Source: Chitinophagaceae bacterium (lineage in GTDB: Bacteria > Bacteroidota > Bacteroidia > Chitinophagales > Chitinophagaceae). Taken from it: a stretch of DNA of 24,000 nucleotides. Below, piece by piece: positions 23,579 to 24,000 of the stretch (position 1 is its first letter; every line of letters begins with the position of its first letter). Location: positions 32,805 through 56,804 of the forward strand of contig JAXLUG010000020.1 of NCBI GenBank assembly GCA_046329665.1, in the 5' to 3' direction. A model generated the notes under the pieces. It was given only the letters and a program-made list of their open reading frames with translations. It ran no database searches and was not told the origin of the DNA. A program made the translations under genes and the position numbers.

Positions 23579-24000
23579 ATGCGTAAAATATTATTTATTG
23601 CTATTGCCGTGACTGCCGTGCTGTGTTCCTGCCGCTCAACGAAAAAGATACAAACCGCTATTGTAAAAAAGGACACCGTTTCGGTACCCTTGCCAACAGC
23701 CGCAGCAGACCCCACCCGGGAAGATACCCTTTCATTCATCCGCCATAATATTGACAGCATAGCCAGGAACCGGATCGGGTTCACCACCTTCTCGGCAAAA
23801 GTGGATGTGGAATACAATGATGGCGACGGAAAAAAATATGATGTGAACGCCAACATCAGGATGTACAAGGACAGTGTGATCTGGGTTTCCGTAACGGCAA
23901 TACTTGGGATTGAGGGATTACGGGCCTATATCACAAAAGACTCGGTGAAGCTTCTCGATAAACAGAATAAAATCTTTACCGCCCGCAGTGTCTCCTTCCT
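23579..24000 (+). CDS. Lipoprotein (DUF4292-like), partial; continues past the window end
   Basis: ATG at 23579. Reads MRKILFIAIAVTAVLCSCRST (lipobox), then ...FSAKVDVEYNDGDGKKYDVNANIRMYKDSVIWVSV. The frame is open to 24000. Not in the ORF track because there is no stop. Confidence 0.55.
   Translation, partial: MRKILFIAIAVTAVLCSCRSTKKIQTAIVKKDTVSVPLPTAAADPTREDTLSFIRHNIDSIARNRIGFTTFSAKVDVEYNDGDGKKYDVNANIRMYKDSVIWVSVTAILGIEGLRAYITKDSVKLLDKQNKIFTARSVSF

Noticed and set aside
1-24000. Search for CRISPR arrays, IS elements or transposases, phage or defence-system genes, and rRNA.
   Set aside because: No spaced direct-repeat arrays, terminal inverted repeats flanking ORFs, or nuclease, ATPase or integrase-like translations were seen. 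Apart from tRNA-Ser, the window looks like core chromosome plus a metabolic island.

Overview
This is a Bacteroidota-type chromosomal segment. The evidence is the gliding and T9SS genes gldJ and porV, the TAnnTTTG-type -7 promoter boxes and the very short leaders. A Chitinophagia-like origin is only a guess.

Layout:
- Left arm (1-4.5 kb, all minus strand): a Tat-signal nitroreductase (partial), a CPBP protease coupled to an HXXEE membrane protein, a DUF1272 Cys-rich protein, a Crp/Fnr regulator and a BNR/sialidase-like secreted protein. tRNA-Ser(GGA) follows on the plus strand.
- Centre (about 4.5-17.4 kb): a sulfide/persulfide-handling island. It holds two thioredoxins, small Cys-motif membrane proteins, cytochrome bd oxidase cydAB, a type II sulfide:quinone oxidoreductase, two paralogous persulfide-dioxygenase-rhodanese fusions, two single-domain rhodaneses, an outer-membrane barrel candidate, a split YeeE/YedE transporter pair, a TauE/SafE exporter and a second Crp/Fnr regulator.
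- Right arm: murF, gldJ, a 0.95 kb ORF-poor gap, porV, ispF, dut and a partial lipoprotein.

Main finding: eight GTGA-N6-TCAC-type operators (four exact, four with one mismatch) lie upstream of the island's transcription units. Each is exactly 22 nt from a TAnnTTTG-like -7 box, which is class II (about -41.5) geometry. This implies one Crp/Fnr-type activator regulon that joins sulfide oxidation, sulfur trafficking and sulfide-insensitive respiration.

A second, different 16-nt box (TTTATCATTTGTAAAA) is identical in three copies with the same phasing in front of the three left-arm transcription units next to the other Crp/Fnr gene.

I saw no CRISPR array, transposase or integrase. All family assignments come from reading the translations by eye, not from searches.
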